Shown here: positions 59,801 through 64,000 of the stretch, piece by piece | How positions within the stretch are numbered: position 1 is the first letter of the stretch | Layout: each line of letters opens with the position of its first letter | Assembly (NCBI GenBank): GCA_012441205.1 | Contig: GCA_012441205.1_4705.1 | Length of the DNA: 64,000 nucleotides | From: a phage | Reading direction: 5' to 3' (one strand) | The notes under the pieces: model-generated | Seen by the model: only the letters and a program-made list of their open reading frames with translations | Databases searched by the model: none | Told to the model about the DNA's origin: nothing | Made by a program: the position numbers and the translations under genes

Positions 59801-61188
59801 GAACCGTCGGGTGCTTCGATTTCATGGATGGCGTCAGCATTACGCATCGCTGCTTTATATTGGACGCCGCTTAACTGACCCGCATCAGCCAGATCGCTCG
59901 CGCGTACCAACACCGCATCCGATAACGACTGAATATATTCACCGTGCGTTTTTGGTAACGTTGCCGCGTCAAAGACATCAACCTTTTCTTCTTCGGTATC
60001 GTCGGTAACGACTTCGAAGAGATCGTCGGTAATGTCCTGATCTTCATCAGGTTGAAAATCCGGCTGTACTTCTACCCCGGGTACTTCACGGACATCTTCG
60101 AACGAGCGTTCTACAATGGCGTTCCACGCATCAGCGTCATCGTCTTCATCCGACCCACCAACCAACTCCGCTTCTAACTCATCGGAATCAAGAACAGTGG
60201 CCAGATCCTCACCGTTAGGAAGCACGACGTCGCGATCATCGTACTCTGCATCCGGGCTGTCCGCAAGAATATCTCGCTCTTGACGAAGAACCTGTTCCTC
60301 TTCTTGTTTCTGTTCTTCTTCATTCGCGCTCTGCGACCATAGACGTGTTACCGCCATCATCCAACGACGCTGGAAGGTTTCGAGTGTCGTTTTATCGAGT
60401 TCTTCCCCTTCCTTTACAAGCCCGGTACGCCATTCTTCCAACAGGCCGAGATTCAGCGTAAAGAAGTACACACCGTCTGTAAATACAACGTTAAGCTTAT
60501 CCAGCGTGGCTCTGTCTAACGAAGCCATTGTGCTGTTCTCACGATCGGTTCCCAACCAGCGGAAGAAGTCAAAGAACGACAGCTCCTCCGGCGTGGCGAA
60601 ATTCATGAGGTTGTTACGGGTCGGTGCCTGTTGCGTGGTACGCATCAACGAAATCTTCGGCAATGTTGACGGTATACGGAACAACAAAAAGTGTTGGCGA
60701 TCGCTTTGCTGCGCGATTTCGTTGGCTTTCGACCAAATTGTTTTACGTACGTTGAACCATTCATCATACCAACGGGTGAGCGTTGGACGATAGATGTACA
60801 TGTGGTTAAGATGTGCGTAGTTAGCAACGATCTGAGCGTTGATGTTTTTCTCCACCGTACTTAGATCGGTAACCAAACGAAAACGACGATGTGACGCACG
60901 ATAATCCAATTTCGCTCGTGGGAGCTGGAATCGCTGATCACGTCGAGGTGCACCCTGTTTGGTTGCGAGATCATCAGCAAACGAAATCCATAGTTGAGCA
61001 CTTTCTTTACTCAACATGTATTCGTTTTCTGGAGGACCTATCAATGAAGGATCCGTTGCGGTGTAATGATAGACAGCATAACGTGGCAGCTGCAATAGCT
61101 GCACTAAACGTAATCTCGGTGACAATAGCTCTTGGTATCGTCTGACGCCAAACTGTCGGTAGTAATCAAGGTATTTAAGTTTTGCCAT
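56842..61188 (-). CDS. RNA polymerase beta N-terminal-like subunit with about 500-aa acidic N-terminal extension
   Basis: [14 protein letters not shown]...AGRWL matches beta [20 protein letters not shown]...RGSWL; [32 protein letters not shown] matches [43 protein letters not shown] matches LIPFLEHDDANRAL; ends after a GDK...GHTLDAIFS segment matching GDKMAGRHGNKG...GTPVDIVLNP. Confidence 0.65.
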   Translation of the reverse strand: [1448 protein letters not shown]

Positions 61189-61191
61189 GGG

Positions 61192-61371
61192 TTAGGCTCC
61201 ACGAGGTCCCGTTAAGTTGCGTAATAGGAACGCAACCGTATCGTAACCAATATCGATGTTGAATTTATTTTTACCACTTACCCAGAAAGCTCGCTTCTTG
61301 TGCGAGTTGGTAATTTCGTCAATAGCTTCCATGGAATAAAGAACGTTAACCGAGACCGTATCACCGTCGAA
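61192..61371 (-). CDS. second beta-prime N-like subunit, exon 2 (FDGDTVSVNV...)
   Basis: in-frame continuation after the intron; FDGD-TVSVNVLYSMEA matches FDGD-QMAVHVPLTLEA; stop lies 3 nt before the beta-N-like start. Confidence 0.55.
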   Translation of the reverse strand, partial: FDGDTVSVNVLYSMEAIDEITNSHKKRAFWVSGKNKFNIDIGYDTVAFLLRNLTGPRGA

Positions 61372-63353
61372 CCTTATCTTCGCCTCAGGTCGCTACGCTG
61401 AGACCGCCTGCATGGATACGTACATCACAGGCTGCTTGCACTTTCATGCAAGAGGAGACTATATCAAACCGGCAGCACAACCTGCTACGGTAACCTACAC
61501 TTCGAAGACGCTCGTCCTCTACAGGGTGGTAAATCCCTTAGTCGTTGAACCTGCGTTGTTTCCCATTCTTGCAAACAAGAATGCCGTATTGCTACGCAAC
61601 AACCAGGCTGCTGATTGCCCATTGTTTCGCACCTTAGCACCGCTTACGCGGCTTTTCTTTCAGCCTAAGCCTCTTACGGAGTTAGTGCATCTCAACTGTT
61701 GTTTCTGCCTTTCGGCACCTCATGGGTCGTTGAGCTTTAGGGGTTCCCAGCAATTCGTAGGTTTTTCAAGCACTCCCTTTCGGGAATACCGGACTCATTA
61801 TTAGCTTATTTATTCAAGTATCTGAAATCCCACTTATCTTTACGTCGTTTATCGCACTTAATGTCAGGATGATTAACACGATGCCTAATAGTTGTTGCCG
61901 ATAGCTGGCTGAGATTCTCAGCAGATCGTGCGCCAAGAACAACGAGTTTTGTGTCGTCTGGACGCGTAACTTCTACTGCCCGATAATGCTTACGTAACAC
62001 ATCACGCCAATATTCACGACGTTCTGGTTCAGCATACTCAAGCATGTAACCGTTAACATCTACTAAACCGTAGCTTTCGTTTAATCGAGAGGTAGCGGCT
62101 GGTTTACTAATACCGATTGCTTTAGCCGCATCGACCACGGTTTTATACGGGGTCTCATTACCGTCTCTATCTACAACCACAATGAAATCTGGACGTGAAT
62201 CGAGTAGCTGCTGTCTGCGTTCGACGGCTTGTTGATGAAGCACCATGTTAACGTGTTCGAACCCGTAACCTTCTGGGCCACGCCATCCTGGATTGTTGTT
62301 CGCTCGATAAAGTATCGTCGATGATTTCACTCCAGTCTGACGCGATGCCTCGTTTGCGCTATGAACAACCGTGGTAGAGCCATCAGGATGATATATCCGT
62401 ATCTGGTTCATTATACCGGAACCAATGAAGTTACCATCGGCTGATTTAATGTCCGGCCATGGTTGCGGGTCATCTTTGAATTTAACCACCCAGCGGTTGT
62501 TAAACAGCTTAACTTTTCGAACATGTTTGCCTAATGTCGTATCCGTAACACCTGCGACCACTGACGCTTGTGTAATGCTCAGGTACTCAGTAACGGTATC
62601 GTTCCAAGTATCCCAGAGCAGAACCGGTTTATTGTCGTCACGTAAACCATGTTCGATAGCATGCAGGACATTACGACTTCTGGTTGCCCATTCCAGATTG
62701 TCAAGAGAATAGTTCCACTTATCAGCATCAAGATGATTAACGTCCATCTTATCGACATTAGCCGGATATTCCCGCCACGCCAACATCAAGCAGCGATGTA
62801 AAACCTTAGTTCTCGTTGTATCTCGACAATCGTGACGTAGACTAATGAATACGTAGTTATCCTTTTTCGGATACGATCTGCATTCCTGTCCATCCTTGCG
62901 GGAGATAACTCGCCCTTTCTCATTTATCAGATAACGAGTATGTCCAGGAATAACACGATAACCAGGGTACTTAGCGATCTCATAAGCAGGCTCGAAACGA
63001 TAGGATAAGTTATCAACATCCCAATTAGATTCGTCGCCGTCAACAAACATCGCTTTGACGTACTTCTGTGTTTCAATATCAACCAGGATGTTTTTGTGTG
63101 CGATACAAATCAATGCTGGGATATTGAATTCGCGACCAGCTAAAGTAACAGTGTCGCCGTTTCTCGGTATCGCGACGTGGGTATCACGATACCGTAAGTT
63201 TCCATAGCCGTCTATTTCAATCCAGCTCAGAAACGGAATAGATATAAATTCTTTTTCAGATACTCGCCATTTAAACATATTAACACCTATTAAATAGGAA
63301 ACATCATATTAATAGGTTTAAAAGTTAAAAATGACAGAAAATGGCTAAATTGA
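61372..63353 (-). mobile_element. group I intron 3 (about 1.98 kb) carrying an HNH endonuclease ORF
   Basis: 5' end GAU|UCAAUUUAG... with a 6-bp P1 candidate (GAUUCA/UGAGUC) that includes U.G at the splice site; core after the ORF has P GAATTGCTGGG, Q AATCAGCAGC, R GTTCAACGACTA, S GATATAGTCTCC with P7 GACUA/UAGUC; GNRA-loop P9-like hairpin; 3' end GAAGATAAGG| before TTC. Confidence 0.65.
61806..63278 (-). CDS. HNH homing endonuclease (intron-encoded)
   Basis: VNHLDADKWNYSLDNLEWATRSRNVLHA is a classic HNH motif; own AGGTG RBS; lies between the intron 5' splice site and the ribozyme core. Confidence 0.7.
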   Translation of the reverse strand: MFKWRVSEKEFISIPFLSWIEIDGYGNLRYRDTHVAIPRNGDTVTLAGREFNIPALICIAHKNILVDIETQKYVKAMFVDGDESNWDVDNLSYRFEPAYEIAKYPGYRVIPGHTRYLINEKGRVISRKDGQECRSYPKKDNYVFISLRHDCRDTTRTKVLHRCLMLAWREYPANVDKMDVNHLDADKWNYSLDNLEWATRSRNVLHAIEHGLRDDNKPVLLWDTWNDTVTEYLSITQASVVAGVTDTTLGKHVRKVKLFNNRWVVKFKDDPQPWPDIKSADGNFIGSGIMNQIRIYHPDGSTTVVHSANEASRQTGVKSSTILYRANNNPGWRGPEGYGFEHVNMVLHQQAVERRQQLLDSRPDFIVVVDRDGNETPYKTVVDAAKAIGISKPAATSRLNESYGLVDVNGYMLEYAEPERREYWRDVLRKHYRAVEVTRPDDTKLVVLGARSAENLSQLSATTIRHRVNHPDIKCDKRRKDKWDFRYLNK

Positions 63354-63983
63354 ATCACCACCAAGTCCGGCGAGGTATGGCGCAGGGACAATAGTCGTTT
63401 CTACGAACGAAGCATTAGGTAACCAGTCGGGGTATTCCCATGCGATAAATCGTTCATCCGTTATTGGTTCCCAGTTACTATCCAGTTCGGTTTTCGGTTT
63501 TGCGGCGACGGTTGTACGTGCGTAACAGGTTAACGGGATAACGGATTGCATACCTGATACCGGATAACGTGTTACCATCGCAGCCAGGTTATTCCAGTAC
63601 TTATATCCGGCAATATAGATAAGCTCGGTGTAAGTAATGGGGTGAACATCCGCGCCAGGTTTATTCAACATCTCCGGGGGTAATTCACTCATGTCACGGA
63701 ATAACCGAAACGAATCGTTGTTCACATAGACGAGGCAAAGATATCGTCCATTGACCATGATAGGCTCGTTACGCACGCCAGGATCGCTTAAGGTGTTCAG
63801 TAAACGTTCTATTCCGTCCCATGTTGTAAAGTCATCGATGGTGTCTGGATCAAGCGTGACGCGCTCACGTTCCATCGTTTCGGTATCAATAAGTTCAACT
63901 TCTGTAACATCACGGACAAATATTTCCTGCAAAATACCGGTACGTAACGCATGTTGCGTTACTGGGAGAGCGGCTTTACTCAT
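63354..63983 (-). CDS. second beta-prime N-like subunit, exon 1 (ends ...YLAGLGGD; 5' end may be incomplete)
   Basis: TRYPVSGMQSVIPL matches beta-prime RVDYSGRSVITVGP; the terminal D supplies the first Asp of DFDGD; the last two codons and stop of the raw ORF are intronic. Confidence 0.5.
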
Positions 63984-64000
63984 CTGGTATAACCCTAACT

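Noticed and set aside
61412-61804. 130-aa plus-strand ORF
   Set aside because: Lies antisense to the group I ribozyme core (P, Q, R, S elements), has non-protein-like composition and no RBS.
63345-63353. Last two codons (S, I) and stop of the 212-aa ORF
   Set aside because: Interpreted as the first nucleotides of intron 3 (UCAAUUUAG); the exon is proposed to end at the GAT codon.
1-64000. tRNA genes, CRISPR arrays, integrase/attachment sites, host genes
   Set aside because: No cloverleaf-like sequence with a T-loop GTTCGAATC-type motif was seen in the ORF-free gaps, no regularly spaced direct repeats, and no recombinase-like ORF; the window looks like lytic phage sequence throughout.

Overview
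This window reads as a segment of a phiKZ-like, nucleus-forming jumbo myovirus genome (no host genes seen). About 60 tightly packed protein genes lie mostly on the minus strand, with a few plus-strand islands that include a tail sheath/tube pair. Recognisable products are five fragments of split multisubunit RNA polymerases (two beta-prime-N-like, one beta-prime-C-like, one large beta-N-like, one beta-C-like), a tubulin/PhuZ-like protein, a 631-aa candidate nuclear-shell (chimallin-like) protein, a large terminase, an SbcD/Mre11-type phosphoesterase and an HNH endonuclease. The most striking result is that both beta-prime-N-like genes are interrupted inside the codons of the universal catalytic NADFDGD motif by related group I introns: two tandem ORF-less introns flanking a 15-nt DFDGD micro-exon in one gene, and one 2-kb intron carrying an HNH homing-endonuclease ORF in the other. 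Also present are a recurring minus-strand TATATTACC element (candidate early promoter, four copies), a family of CCCTCC/GGGAGG intergenic hairpins, a 12-mer shared by two plus-strand 5' leaders and a 20-bp perfect palindrome. All assignments rest on motif reading by eye; no database search or RNA folding was run, and most other ORFs are hypothetical.
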